A stretch of DNA of 64,000 nucleotides from Promethearchaeota archaeon (GTDB lineage: Archaea > Asgardarchaeota > Lokiarchaeia > Sigyniarchaeales > SOKP01). The stretch spans positions 1-64,000 of the forward strand of contig JBHLMQ010000011.1 in the NCBI GenBank assembly GCA_048938005.1, read 5' to 3'. This document shows, piece after piece, positions 41,531 through 52,066 of the stretch. Made by a program: the position numbers and the translations under genes. The notes beneath the pieces are model-generated. The model saw nothing but the letters and a program-made list of their open reading frames with translations. It was not told where the DNA came from and did not search any database. Numbering within the stretch: position 1 is the stretch's first letter; each line of letters starts with the position of its first letter.

Positions 41531-42610
41531 CTGGCTCAAATTTTATTAACAGGAGAGGAAGGTGTAGGGAAATTAACAATCTTGAATCTATTCCCAGGTG
41601 AAAATATTTTAGAAATAGACTTACATTTGAATGAAATTTTTAAAAAATCAATTGAGATAAGAGGGCTCAATGGTATAAAACAATGTATGTTAAGAGTTAT
41701 CGATTTAAAAGAATTAGTTAGGAATTTAAGATCATATAAAGATCTATTACAATCAATTGATATAATTTGTATTATCACAAATTCGCAACTAAGAAATTTA
41801 AAAAGTACTCGTATATTGTTATCAAAACTAAAACAAAAAGTCCCTGAAGCAAATTATTATGTAATTGCTAATTTTCAAGATAGAAAGCGAATAGTTTTAG
41901 AAGTAGAAGAAGTTGAAAAAATGTTAGAAGAAAAAACGTTTGGATTTTCAGCAGTTCAGAAAGATTCTATGGATAAATTAATTTCTATTATTAAAAATAT
42001 GTTAAAATTAACAAAATTAGAGAAAGAGATAAAAACTATCTCTAAGATAGAAATTATATCAAAAGAGGAAAAGAAGGAATCTATTATTAAAGCCAAGGAG
42101 AATTATTCAAATATTTGGTCAGAATTAGAGGAAGCAAGAATATTAGATAATCAAGGAAAAAAGCTCATTGCTGCAAAAAAGTTCTCCAGTGTTGCCTCTC
42201 ATCTTAAAGAACTTGGTTCAGAAATAGAACTTAAACAAGAAGGAGAAAAGATTAATGGTTTACATTATTTGTGTAAAGCATGGGAGTTTATGGCACTTGC
42301 TGAAGAATATAAAGATCCTAAAAATTATTTAGAAGCAGCAAATCTCTTTACCGAGGCTAGTGAATGTATTCATGATAGTAAACTAAAACTATTAGCCTTA
42401 GGAAATTCAGAGTTATGTAGAGCACTAAAGTTAGGGCTTGAACTCTGTAAACTGAATCAAACTAAGAATAACTTAGAATATTACCCAAAAATAAAAATAT
42501 TGATTAAAAAAGCTGTGGATTTATACAGAAAGGGTGGTTTTGAAAAAGAAGCAGAGTGGGCTTTAGATAAATCCTCTCATTTTAATGCCACCAATCACTC
42601 TAGTCCATAG
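41531..42610 (+). CDS. Degenerate small-GTPase-like domain fused to a helical domain (cassette 1, C-terminally shortened)
   Basis: The P-loop ILLTGEEGVGKLT lies in frame upstream of the ORF-track TTG (41582); ANFQD and FSAV motifs; paralog of 50284. Confidence 0.72.
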   Translation: MAQILLTGEEGVGKLTILNLFPGENILEIDLHLNEIFKKSIEIRGLNGIKQCMLRVIDLKELVRNLRSYKDLLQSIDIICIITNSQLRNLKSTRILLSKLKQKVPEANYYVIANFQDRKRIVLEVEEVEKMLEEKTFGFSAVQKDSMDKLISIIKNMLKLTKLEKEIKTISKIEIISKEEKKESIIKAKENYSNIWSELEEARILDNQGKKLIAAKKFSSVASHLKELGSEIELKQEGEKINGLHYLCKAWEFMALAEEYKDPKNYLEAANLFTEASECIHDSKLKLLALGNSELCRALKLGLELCKLNQTKNNLEYYPKIKILIKKAVDLYRKGGFEKEAEWALDKSSHFNATNHSSP

Positions 42611-42838
42611 TTCTAATTTATCATTTTCTTTTAAACCAAAATCTTGAACGGCTTCTCTTATGGATAAGGAATTAGGTAATTCTTTACCTTTATAGACTAA
42701 AGCAAATGATCGATCTTCTAAGCTCATTGTGCCTAAATGTTTAACAACTATATTTATGATACTTTCAATCATATGTTTTTCATTAACATCTATTTTAATT
42801 ATTTTCCCTTTTCTCGTATCTTCAACTGATAGTATCAT
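42563..42838 (-). CDS. Ubiquitin-like protein 1
   Basis: Beta-grasp-like pattern LVYKGKEL and LELWTRVIGG followed by IKMRGFI; two paralogs nearby. Confidence 0.75.
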   Translation of the reverse strand: MILSVEDTRKGKIIKIDVNEKHMIESIINIVVKHLGTMSLEDRSFALVYKGKELPNSLSIREAVQDFGLKENDKLELWTRVIGGIKMRGFI

Positions 42839-42955
42839 AATATCTTGAATATTGTTTTTATTAATTCCTATTTAATAATTAACTATTTTACAATTTAAAG
42901 AATATTCTAATCAATTATTTTTAATTATTGTTATTTAATTCATAGTTTATTAAGC

Positions 42956-42998
42956 ATTTTTAGATTTAACTTCGGAATATTTTAAAAAGTTCGAAGTT
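42956..42998 (-). promoter_or_regulatory. Cassette motif copy A (upstream of Ubl 1)
   Basis: 42/43 identical to the reverse complement of 44587-44629. Confidence 0.8.
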
Positions 42999-43188
42999 CC
43001 TTGAAATTTAAATCTAACCAGAGATAGTGATTTATTTTAAGATTTAAATGTAGTATCTTGTTAAGATGAGATTAAATTATTTAAACAGGATTGAATTATC
43101 TCTATATTGAAATTATAAATATATGTTTTAAAAAAGTATAAACTAAATTATTTTAGAAAAAATAAGAGTTATATGGTGTTTTATTAAG

Positions 43189-44532
43189 ATTTGTGCTAAA
43201 AAATTAAATTATCCCCCACAAGAGATACTTACACCTTCAGGGATTGAAAAGAAAGATTTTGAATATATTATTCTTTGGATGTTAACTAATAATGAAGAAT
43301 GCAATTGGTCAGATTTTTCAGACGAACCCATAGAAATCAGCTTAGCTACATTATCAAAATATATGAATCAATTAATGACAAATGGATTTGTGGAAAAAAA
43401 AGAGAAGGGGATCTATAAAATTACAACCGAAGGTAAAAAACGATATTTTGATTTGCGATTTAAAGATTCTTATGACAAGAAATTAAGGTACCCCCCAGAA
43501 ATCCTTCTAAATAAAAGAAATTATGACCACATTATCCTTTGGATGTTGTTCAATAATGATTATTGTAAATGGTCAGATTTCCTCGAAAAACCTCTCTCAA
43601 TTAATCACAATTCTCTTTCGAAAAATCTAAATCTTTTATTAAAAAAAGAATTTGTTGAAAAAGAAAAAATGGAATATCGAATCACTAAACAAGGTGAATT
43701 ACAATATTCTAAAATGTTAAAAAAATATGATTTAGACTATCAAACTATTTTAGAAGAAGAAGTTAAAAGAATTGAAAATGCCAAAGAAAAGGTAAATGAT
43801 CTTCTTGAAAAGTTCGAAATTGAGGAGGATGAGATAAAAGTCATATTATTGGATTTAGTTAACCATGTAGACTATGCTACAATTGAAAACTTACTACCGT
43901 CAGAGGAGGATTATTATAGGATATTATTATTCTTTTCGTTGAATCATCCTTACAATTATCCAGAATACATATTACCTGAAATATTCTCTCTTAAATTTAA
44001 TATTAAACTTGTCTCATTAAATTTCTTCATACAAAAAATTGTAGAAGAGAATTTGTGTGGAATAAAATTCTTTAAGTTAAGTATTAATGAGGACGGAACA
44101 TATTATTTCCGAGTAGACGAAAAATTTGAGAAGATGTTATATTTAATCATAGATGAGAATATTGTAAAATTTAGTTATCTAACTAAACTAAAACCAAGTA
44201 TTCCAAATGAAAAACAAGTTTTACAAACAATGAGTTTAATAGAGAATATTGTAGAGGATATCTCGAATAAGTTGTTCGATGAAAATATAAAACCGCATAT
44301 AATAAAATTCTTACCACAATATATCAAATATTTATACTCGAAATTTCAGAGAACTGATTATACTAATGATGGAATGGAAAAGTTCAAAGGGATTGCTTAT
44401 CAAAACATTATTAATTTAAATTGGGATGATTTCAATGAAATACTTCTCAAAAAGAAATTAATCACAAATCTTATGCATACTTTTCCGAAGTATACAATAT
44501 TGGATAAAATCAAAAAGAAATGGGCAAAATGA
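43189..44532 (+). CDS. Tandem winged-HTH (MarR-like) regulator (cassette 1)
   Basis: Two YPP...IILWML.NN..C.WS.F...LS..L...Y.IT..G repeats. Homology to 60655 extends 30 codons upstream of ATG 43279 to ATT 43189. Confidence 0.75.
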   Translation: MCAKKLNYPPQEILTPSGIEKKDFEYIILWMLTNNEECNWSDFSDEPIEISLATLSKYMNQLMTNGFVEKKEKGIYKITTEGKKRYFDLRFKDSYDKKLRYPPEILLNKRNYDHIILWMLFNNDYCKWSDFLEKPLSINHNSLSKNLNLLLKKEFVEKEKMEYRITKQGELQYSKMLKKYDLDYQTILEEEVKRIENAKEKVNDLLEKFEIEEDEIKVILLDLVNHVDYATIENLLPSEEDYYRILLFFSLNHPYNYPEYILPEIFSLKFNIKLVSLNFFIQKIVEENLCGIKFFKLSINEDGTYYFRVDEKFEKMLYLIIDENIVKFSYLTKLKPSIPNEKQVLQTMSLIENIVEDISNKLFDENIKPHIIKFLPQYIKYLYSKFQRTDYTNDGMEKFKGIAYQNIINLNWDDFNEILLKKKLITNLMHTFPKYTILDKIKKKWAK

Positions 44533-44586
44533 ATACTAAATTTATTATTTAGATCTATCCTATATTGTATTGAACGAATTTCAATA

Positions 44587-44629
44587 AACTTCGAACTTTT
44601 TAAAATATTCCGAAGCTAAATCTAAAAAT
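44587..44629 (+). promoter_or_regulatory. Cassette motif copy B (upstream of the secreted protein gene)
   Basis: aacttcgaactttttaaaatattccgaagctaaatctaaaaat; inverted relative to copy A. Confidence 0.8.
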
Positions 44630-44686
44630 AAATTGGTGAAGTAAAGATCAATTAATAAAAATTTAAATAAAAGAGGTTAAATATAA

Positions 44687-45373
44687 ATGAAAAAATCTAA
44701 CTTAATGAAAAGTTTATTGGTGATAATTACTTCCTCAATATTTTTTTCGTGCTTTCTCCCGATTGCTTATTCTGATGAAGTTGGAATTTTCGATGGTATG
44801 GAAGTTAAACATACTTATACTCTCTCCCAAATGCCAGGAACAGAAATACCTATGATCTTTACGTTCTCTAAGTTGTCAGATGACATGTTTCATATTGAAA
44901 ATGAATTGAAGGCTCCTATTTATGATACAGGTTCTTGGGATGTAAATACCAGCACAAGAGTTATATCAAATGTGAAGAAATTTGGCCCAGACGAAGGTGA
45001 TCATGCGGTGTTTTGGATTTATACTGATGTTTCCCTTAATGATCAATTTTTGATGTGTAATTTATGGAAGGGCCAGCTTTCCCCTCCGGGTGACACTCTT
45101 TTCAATGTTACTGGTGAAGCGATGCATGGTTCTATGGCAGTTTGGATATTAGAAGATGCTTATGGAAGTGAACTATGGTATGAGAAAACTAAAGGATTTT
45201 TTGTAAATGGCACAATTAGCTATGCTCCAGAATGGAATCATTATGAGTTCGTGGAGACCAATGCCCTTCGTACAAGTGGAGCAGCGATTCCAGGATACAG
45301 TTATCTCTTCTTAATTAGTATTATAATTGCTGTCTCAATTATTATACTGAAAAAGCAGAAAATCAAAAAATAA
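44687..45373 (+). CDS. Secreted/surface protein with IPGY-TM-basic sorting tail (cassette 1)
   Basis: Signal peptide; GSWDVN and WYEK motifs; ends IPGY + TM + KKQKIKK; paralog of 62793. Confidence 0.8.
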   Translation: MKKSNLMKSLLVIITSSIFFSCFLPIAYSDEVGIFDGMEVKHTYTLSQMPGTEIPMIFTFSKLSDDMFHIENELKAPIYDTGSWDVNTSTRVISNVKKFGPDEGDHAVFWIYTDVSLNDQFLMCNLWKGQLSPPGDTLFNVTGEAMHGSMAVWILEDAYGSELWYEKTKGFFVNGTISYAPEWNHYEFVETNALRTSGAAIPGYSYLFLISIIIAVSIIILKKQKIKK

Positions 45374-45466
45374 AATTTAAATAAATTACTTTTTTTTCCT
45401 TTTTTTTATTCCTTTAACAATATAATTAAACTAATAACATTCCAAGAAATATCTTTTATCTTTATC

Positions 45467-45727
45467 TTAAATTTTGCCCCCAATCACTCTAGTCCATAAT
45501 ATTAATTTATCTCCTTCTTTTAGATCAAATTTATGAATTGCATCCTTAATGGTTATTGAATTTGGTAATTCTTTTTCATTGTAGATTAAGGAGTAAGATC
45601 TTTGTTCAGAGTTTGAAAATTGCTTATTTTGAATAATATATTCGAGAATAGACCTAACTACCTGGTTAGGTTTAACATCTATTCTTATTAATTTCCCTGT
45701 TCTCGGATCTTCAACAGATAATCGCAT
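45467..45727 (-). CDS. Ubiquitin-like protein 2
   Basis: LIYNEKEL and LILWTRVIGG followed by KI. Confidence 0.75.
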   Translation of the reverse strand: MRLSVEDPRTGKLIRIDVKPNQVVRSILEYIIQNKQFSNSEQRSYSLIYNEKELPNSITIKDAIHKFDLKEGDKLILWTRVIGGKI

Positions 45728-45823
45728 AATAGTTTCATTTAATTTTTGATTCTGAATATCGCTTATTATACAATTAGGGAATCTATTATTTTTTTTATAC
45801 TAATAATTAATTTAAAAATGTCA

Positions 45824-45863
45824 TTATTTAGATTTAGGTTTGGAACTACTTTGAAAGTTCGAA
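45824..45863 (-). promoter_or_regulatory. Cassette motif copy C (upstream of Ubl 2)
   Basis: tttagatttaggtttggaactactttgaaagttcgaa; same layout as copy A. Confidence 0.7.
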
Positions 45864-46119
45864 TCTTTTTTAGGAATAAGCTTGGTTTCTTTATTGAATT
45901 TTATTAAGAGTCTTAAAAAAATTTAAGTAATAATCCTTTTTTTCTGTAAGGATTAGCTTTCTATTCTAAAAGTTTACAAAAAAGTAGTAATAATTTTAAA
46001 TAATTTCATCTTATCTATTTACATTAGTGAAATATTTAGCTTCCTTCTGAAATCTACTGCATATCAAGAACATTTATCAAAAAAAAATAAATAAATAAAA
46101 AAAAGCAGTTGATTGTCTT

Positions 46120-47817
46120 ATGGTAGAAGCCGAAATTAGTCCGAAAAAGAAAAAAAAGTTTTTTAAAGTACTGAATAAAAGACAAAAAATAGCAGTTGGA
46201 ACAACGAGTATTATCGCTTTAGCGGCAATTGTTAGCGGTATTTATTTCTTTTTACAGCTGCCAAAGAAAAATTCTCTTGTTGTAGGTATTAATGGTGGCT
46301 TGTATGGTATTGAAAGTATTGATCCATTTAAAGCTTTTTTTCAGGAACGAATGGTAGTTGATCAGCTTGCTGAGTGTTTATTTGTTTATGATCCTTCTGG
46401 GGATCATTTTCAAATTAGTCCAAATTTAGCAGTAAATTATAGTTGGAATGGGAATTACACAGAATTAACATGTAGCCTTAGAAGAGGCGTGAAGTTTCAC
46501 GATGGAACAGAATTCAATGCTACAGCAGTTCAATGGAATTTTGACAGAATATGTTTTCTTGTTAATAACACACAATATTTTCAATATTTTAATTACCTTC
46601 ATTGTTTTCCAAACGGCCGCAGGATTCTCAATAAAACTCAAGTTGTTGATGATTATATAATAAAATTTGTACTAAATGCACCCTATATTTCATTTAGAGC
46701 ATTATTGACCCACTATTCCACAAGTATTTTATCCCCTACATCCACCCCGCATAACAATTTTACAGACATTACAGGGAATTTAATTGGGACTGGTCCTTTT
46801 ATCCTTGATAGTTTTGAGCCTGGTGTCAAAGCTATATTATCCCCTAATCTGAATTATTGGGGCGCGAAACCTAAGATTGATAAATTAATTTTTTCAGTGT
46901 TTTCTAATCGTAAAGCGCAATGGGACGCAATGCTTGCAGGAGATATTTCCATGTTGGATCCATTTTGGACATTTGGATATCAATTCAATTATTCATTAGA
47001 TTTACTCAAAAATGATCCTCATATCACTGTACGAGAAGAAGGAACATGGGCTCATTTATCTTATATTGCCATGAATAATAAATTGATCAATATACCCATG
47101 AGAAAAGCAATCTCTTATGCCATTAACTATTCTTATATATTTGAAAAAGCTATACTTTATAATACCTCTATAAGATGTAGGTCTCCTATTCCAGTAGGAT
47201 TATTATATTCTAATACAACTGGTATTAATCTTCCTTATTACAACATTACTATCGCGAGACGTACTTTAAAAGAAGCTGGTTGGGCTGGAACCGCTAACTT
47301 GACTGCAAATGATGATATTAGCCCTGGTAACGAATGGGAGCAGTTAGTAACTGAGGGGACGCCTCTTGCAACATATAATCTTACACACTATATAGTTGAC
47401 CAACGAAAAAATATCCAATCAATTCTATTACAAGATAATCTTAAACAAATTGGAGTTGAAATAGACCAAGCAGGTTATGTTCCATATAAGCATATTATGT
47501 TAACTGGCTGTGCGGCAGATTTTAATGATCCAGCTAACACGATCAATTTATTTTACTCAAATAACTCATTATTTTGTAATGATTGTCAATTTAATGACAA
47601 TTTAACGCAGCAATGGATGGATCAAGCTATAAAAGACCCTAATCCTAATTCAAGAAGACAGTTATACAACAAAATTCAAAAACGTATAATTGAAGAGCTT
47701 TTTCCATGTGTATTGACTTATACCTATAAGAATTTTGGTATCTATATTCGAAATTTAAGAGGATTTAACATAGATCCATTTAAACGAATAAAATTTAATG
47801 AGATTTATTTCGATTAA
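46120..47817 (+). CDS. Family 5 solute-binding protein, membrane-anchored (cassette 2)
   Basis: LRRGVKFHDGTEFNATAV and GTGPF motifs; paralog of 37234. Confidence 0.88.
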   Translation: MVEAEISPKKKKKFFKVLNKRQKIAVGTTSIIALAAIVSGIYFFLQLPKKNSLVVGINGGLYGIESIDPFKAFFQERMVVDQLAECLFVYDPSGDHFQISPNLAVNYSWNGNYTELTCSLRRGVKFHDGTEFNATAVQWNFDRICFLVNNTQYFQYFNYLHCFPNGRRILNKTQVVDDYIIKFVLNAPYISFRALLTHYSTSILSPTSTPHNNFTDITGNLIGTGPFILDSFEPGVKAILSPNLNYWGAKPKIDKLIFSVFSNRKAQWDAMLAGDISMLDPFWTFGYQFNYSLDLLKNDPHITVREEGTWAHLSYIAMNNKLINIPMRKAISYAINYSYIFEKAILYNTSIRCRSPIPVGLLYSNTTGINLPYYNITIARRTLKEAGWAGTANLTANDDISPGNEWEQLVTEGTPLATYNLTHYIVDQRKNIQSILLQDNLKQIGVEIDQAGYVPYKHIMLTGCAADFNDPANTINLFYSNNSLFCNDCQFNDNLTQQWMDQAIKDPNPNSRRQLYNKIQKRIIEELFPCVLTYTYKNFGIYIRNLRGFNIDPFKRIKFNEIYFD

Positions 47818-47848
47818 TATATTCTAATACAATAAAGTTTTGAGAAAT

Positions 47849-48877
47849 TCAATTTATACTTTTAAGATCCAAGTAAAAACTTGAATCAATGATTTCAAAT
47901 ATCAAATTATAATAGTAATTCACCTTATTTGTCAAAACATCATTTGAGGTAAAACAATGAATACCGACCGAAGCATTATTATATATAGCATCATTATATT
48001 CAAACCCATCTAGGCATTCGGTTAGGTCATGATACATACAATTCGGTTCAGTTACATGTCTGCTATTTCCATAGGGTATTTGAAATTTAGCCCCAATATT
48101 AGCACTGTTGTCATCATAATTTATATTTAGGATTCCACCATTCATTATTACTTTACCTGTTATATTCGCCTCTAGATCGATATATTGAGAAATATAAATG
48201 TCGAAGTTTCCAGTTTCTATTGTAAAATTCCAATAACTATTTTGTGTATATCTCGCATCAAAGGTCTTTAATTCAAAATTACCCAAATTAATTATCCCTG
48301 TCACATTTCCCCTGATAATACAGCTGTAAAAATTATAGAAAACATTACCGTTGGTGAGATTTATTAATAAATTATTTATAGAAACACCAGATGGAACTGT
48401 TAGTTTAATATTTCCATCATATACTGTTGTTATAATATCAAGAACGATATCAGATCTTATAGTTACTGAAATGCTGACATTTCTTTCAAAAAACTTTGAA
48501 GAATCAAACCAACTACCTGATATAAGCTTCATTGTAAAATTTACTGGAGAGCTTGTATTATGCCAAGCAATATTAAAGAAATCTAAATATGATTTCTCAT
48601 TTAAACCTGAACCACTCATTTTAATATTCACATTTATCTTCAAAATATAATTAACTGGTTGATCAGTATACTTTATATCGACGTTTCCTATATCCGAATA
48701 AATATTTAATTTTTCAATAGGTGATGGTGTACTTGGTGTATATTCATAGGTAATTGATTCATCAATCCTACCGTAGTTTGAATAACCGAGTAAAAGAATA
48801 GTAGTTGGAATAGTTGCAATGATAATAACTATGATAATGTTTATTATAGCAATTGTAATTATACTTTTTTTCGCCAT
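47849..48877 (-). CDS. Membrane-anchored beta-solenoid-like protein (cassette 2)
   Basis: Paralog of 38978; start MAKKSII at 48877 chosen by alignment with the paralogs. Confidence 0.72.
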   Translation of the reverse strand: MAKKSIITIAIINIIIVIIIATIPTTILLLGYSNYGRIDESITYEYTPSTPSPIEKLNIYSDIGNVDIKYTDQPVNYILKINVNIKMSGSGLNEKSYLDFFNIAWHNTSSPVNFTMKLISGSWFDSSKFFERNVSISVTIRSDIVLDIITTVYDGNIKLTVPSGVSINNLLINLTNGNVFYNFYSCIIRGNVTGIINLGNFELKTFDARYTQNSYWNFTIETGNFDIYISQYIDLEANITGKVIMNGGILNINYDDNSANIGAKFQIPYGNSRHVTEPNCMYHDLTECLDGFEYNDAIYNNASVGIHCFTSNDVLTNKVNYYYNLIFEIIDSSFYLDLKSIN

Positions 48878-49093
48878 TATTGAGTTCATTAAATAAAGTG
48901 AAAAATCCTTCAAATTATTAGATAAGAGAGATTTATATTTAAATCATGCACATAAATAATACTTAAAGAACTCCTATTGAAATTTATATGAGAAATTAAA
49001 AATTTATTATATAGAATTCCTTAATTGGTATTTATTAATTACATGAAAATGCTCAGGTGAATCCAAATACCAAATGGTATAATCTTTGATCCA

Positions 49094-50071
49094 GTGGAAC
49101 GTTTTTTTTCAAGTATGGCTATTTTTTTGTTTTTTATATCCAGTATTTTCTATATATCTAGAGGATTCAAAAGAGAAAAAAAAATTGAAAAGATTTTAAT
49201 GTATGGATTTGGAAGTTTTTGGCTTATCGTTTCGCTTTCAAGGTTATTTTTTTATATCTTTGACTATATTTTAGAGGGAACTTATTCTGGTGATTTATAT
49301 GTTATTATTGTAACTTCTGATGTTGTACTTTATATATTTTTATATTTCTATTTATATTTCTATATCTATATATTTATAAATATAATAATAATAATTGTGA
49401 TATTTATTTGGTTTTCTTTTAAATCAAAACATGAGTTTCAAGCAATTTCTTCAATTATAACTATCGGATTTGTTACTTTTTTAATTGGATGGACTATTGA
49501 GGCAGTATTTATAAAAAATTTAAATATATTTTCACCTGCCATCCCTTCGATATTGGTAATAATAGGAGCCATTATTGCAATTTTCCCATCAATAGGGTAT
49601 TTTGAATTTTTTTCTAAGACTATTATTAAACTTTTTATTATAATAATGATAATTTTAATAGCGTTGTTTTTAGGTTTTAATCTATTCTTTAATCTTCAAT
49701 TAATTACTTTGATTTTATTCATAATTTGGAGTTCAGTTTTTACACTTATTTTGGTGATAGGTTATGTAATTTATCGCTATGCTAAAAGAAGAGAATATCA
49801 TATAGAAAAAGAAGAAATCCATGATACTATACAAAAATTTGCTCGACAACCAAAATTTAGCGTAGAAGATGTAAAGTATCACAGAGATAAAGGATTATGC
49901 CTTGTATGTAAAAATAAAATTTCAGGATTAACATATGTTTGTCCTAATTGTAATGTATGGTATTGTATTAAATGCGCTGAAGCTTTAATTGGAATAGAAA
50001 ATATTTGTTGGGTTTGTCAAACACCTTTAGACAGATCTAAACCAGTAAAAAATCAGAAAAAACTCCCATAA
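49094..50071 (+). CDS. ~7TM membrane protein with C4C4 RING-like tail (cassette 2)
   Basis: Paralog of 40151 with identical Cys spacing; true start may be ATA at 49067. Confidence 0.8.
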   Translation: MERFFSSMAIFLFFISSIFYISRGFKREKKIEKILMYGFGSFWLIVSLSRLFFYIFDYILEGTYSGDLYVIIVTSDVVLYIFLYFYLYFYIYIFINIIIIIVIFIWFSFKSKHEFQAISSIITIGFVTFLIGWTIEAVFIKNLNIFSPAIPSILVIIGAIIAIFPSIGYFEFFSKTIIKLFIIIMIILIALFLGFNLFFNLQLITLILFIIWSSVFTLILVIGYVIYRYAKRREYHIEKEEIHDTIQKFARQPKFSVEDVKYHRDKGLCLVCKNKISGLTYVCPNCNVWYCIKCAEALIGIENICWVCQTPLDRSKPVKNQKKLP

Positions 50072-50283
50072 GAAATATTATAAGGAAATAATGGAATATG
50101 TAAAAATGGGGAGTGAGTGAATCCTTTCAGTATATTAATTGTTAATAATCTTTAAAACTCTATATGAACTCTTTAATTAATGTTAGAATATATAACTAAA
50201 TTAAATGCATCTAAAAAGAAAATCTAAGTTGATATTAAAAAATAAATCATTTGAAGTAATAAGCCAGTTATTCCAAAATATTA

Positions 50284-51567
50284 ATGGATGTGCATAGATT
50301 GATACCTCCAAGCATTTTAATTACAGGAGAAAAGAGTGTAGGAAAATCAACAATTTTAGATCTGTTTCCTAGTGAAAAGATTTTAGATATAGATGAAAAT
50401 TTAAAAACAATGATAAAAAAACAAATTGAAATAGATAATTTGAAAGGTATTAACCAATGCATTCTCAGAGTTATAAATTTGGAAGATTTGGTCAGAGATT
50501 TCAAATCTTACAAAAATCTATTACAATTTGTTGATATAATTTGTATTATAATAAATTCAACTATTAAGAATTTAGAAAGTACACATAAATTGCTCTTAAA
50601 ATTAAAACAAAATATACAGGATATCGATTACTATGTTATAAATAGTTTCCAAGATAGAAAAAAAGCTTTAGAAATGAAAAAAGTCGAAGAATTATTGGGA
50701 GAAAAAACCTTTGGATTTTCAGCCGTTCAGAAAGATTCTAAGGAACAAATGCTCTCCATTATCAAAGATATTTTAAGAATTTCTATTTTAAATAAGGAAG
50801 AATTTAAACGGTTAAAACCTGAAGAGAGAGGATTAATCGATTTAAAAGAAATTACAACTAAACGGACTGAAGAAATTCTTAAAATGAAGGAAAAATATCT
50901 AGATCTCTGGTCAGAGGTAGAAAAAGCAAAAATTTTAGAGAAGCAAGGAGAGCATTTCAGAGCGGGAAAAAAATTTTCAGATGTGGCTTCCCTATTTAAA
51001 GAAGCAAGTTCAGAATTACATATCAAACAAGAAAAGGAAAAAATCTGTGCGATGTATTATTTATGTAAAGCATGGGCGAGCATGGAATTAGCTCGAGAAT
51101 ATAAAGAACCTGAAAAGTTTACAGAAGCTGTGAAATTATTTACCCAAGCTAGCGAACATATATATGACAATGAATTAAAATTATTAACACTAGGAAATTC
51201 GGTGTTTTGTAAAGCTCTAGAGCTAGGATTAGAATTTGATATTTTGGATGAAACTAGTCTTAAGGCAGAATATTATCCAAAAATAAAAGAAATGATTAAA
51301 AAAGCAGCTGATTTGTATAGAGAGGGTGGTTTTATAAATGAAGCAGAATGGGCTCTAGCAACATCATCCTATTTTGATGCAATTTGGCATTTAATCAGAG
51401 CAGAAAAAGAAATAAATTTAGATGAGAAAAAAAGAATTATAGGTATCATTCCTGACATTTTTTTATCCTCAGCTAAACTATTCGGAAAAGCAGGGTATAA
51501 AGAAAAAGAAAAAGAAGTATTAGATTATTTAGAACTGTTTCATAAGGAATGGGATAAAAATCGTTAA
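50284..51567 (+). CDS. Degenerate small-GTPase-like domain fused to a helical domain (cassette 2)
   Basis: GEKSVGKST P-loop, SFQD and FSAV motifs; long alpha-helical C-terminus. Confidence 0.75.
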   Translation: MDVHRLIPPSILITGEKSVGKSTILDLFPSEKILDIDENLKTMIKKQIEIDNLKGINQCILRVINLEDLVRDFKSYKNLLQFVDIICIIINSTIKNLESTHKLLLKLKQNIQDIDYYVINSFQDRKKALEMKKVEELLGEKTFGFSAVQKDSKEQMLSIIKDILRISILNKEEFKRLKPEERGLIDLKEITTKRTEEILKMKEKYLDLWSEVEKAKILEKQGEHFRAGKKFSDVASLFKEASSELHIKQEKEKICAMYYLCKAWASMELAREYKEPEKFTEAVKLFTQASEHIYDNELKLLTLGNSVFCKALELGLEFDILDETSLKAEYYPKIKEMIKKAADLYREGGFINEAEWALATSSYFDAIWHLIRAEKEINLDEKKRIIGIIPDIFLSSAKLFGKAGYKEKEKEVLDYLELFHKEWDKNR

Positions 51568-51607
51568 AAATTGAATAAATTATCCCAAATACAAAAAAAA
51601 TATCTAG

Positions 51608-51880
51608 TTAAATCTTATTATTAGTTATTCCTCCAATCACTCTAGCCCATAAAGATAATTTATCATGTTCTTTTAAATCATATTTTTGAATTGCTTCTCC
51701 AATGGTTATTGAATTTGGTAATTCTTTTCCATGATGGATTAGAGCATAGGATCTCTGTTCTGAATCTATGATACCCATATGTTCCACTACAAGTTTTATT
51801 ATACTTTCAACATAATGGCTTCTTTTAACATCTATTTTAATTGATTTTCCCAATCTCGTATCTTCAACTGATAGTAGCAT
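51608..51880 (-). CDS. Ubiquitin-like protein 3
   Basis: LIHHGKEL and LSLWARVIGG followed by ITNNKI; start MLLSVED at 51880 by alignment. Confidence 0.75.
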   Translation of the reverse strand: MLLSVEDTRLGKSIKIDVKRSHYVESIIKLVVEHMGIIDSEQRSYALIHHGKELPNSITIGEAIQKYDLKEHDKLSLWARVIGGITNNKI

Positions 51881-52020
51881 TAATTGATCATTTTGAATTA
51901 TTATAAACAAGAAAAATTTTATTATCTAATTTTGGGGGTGATTAACATATTATATAAATAATTAATAAAAAATTCTCTAAATTTTTTCATTGCTTTTTTA
52001 TAAATTATATTTTATCCTTC

Positions 52021-52060
52021 ATTTTTAGATTTACATTCGTAACTTATCACAAAGTTCAAA
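52021..52060 (-). promoter_or_regulatory. Cassette motif copy D (upstream of Ubl 3)
   Basis: 35/40 identical to the reverse complement of 53600-53639. Confidence 0.75.
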
Positions 52061-52066
52061 TAGGAT

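Noticed and set aside
42956-44629. Inverted repeats read as terminal repeats of an IS or MITE
   Set aside because: The enclosed gene is a wHTH protein with no transposase motifs, no target-site duplication was seen, and a lone fifth copy precedes Ubl 2.
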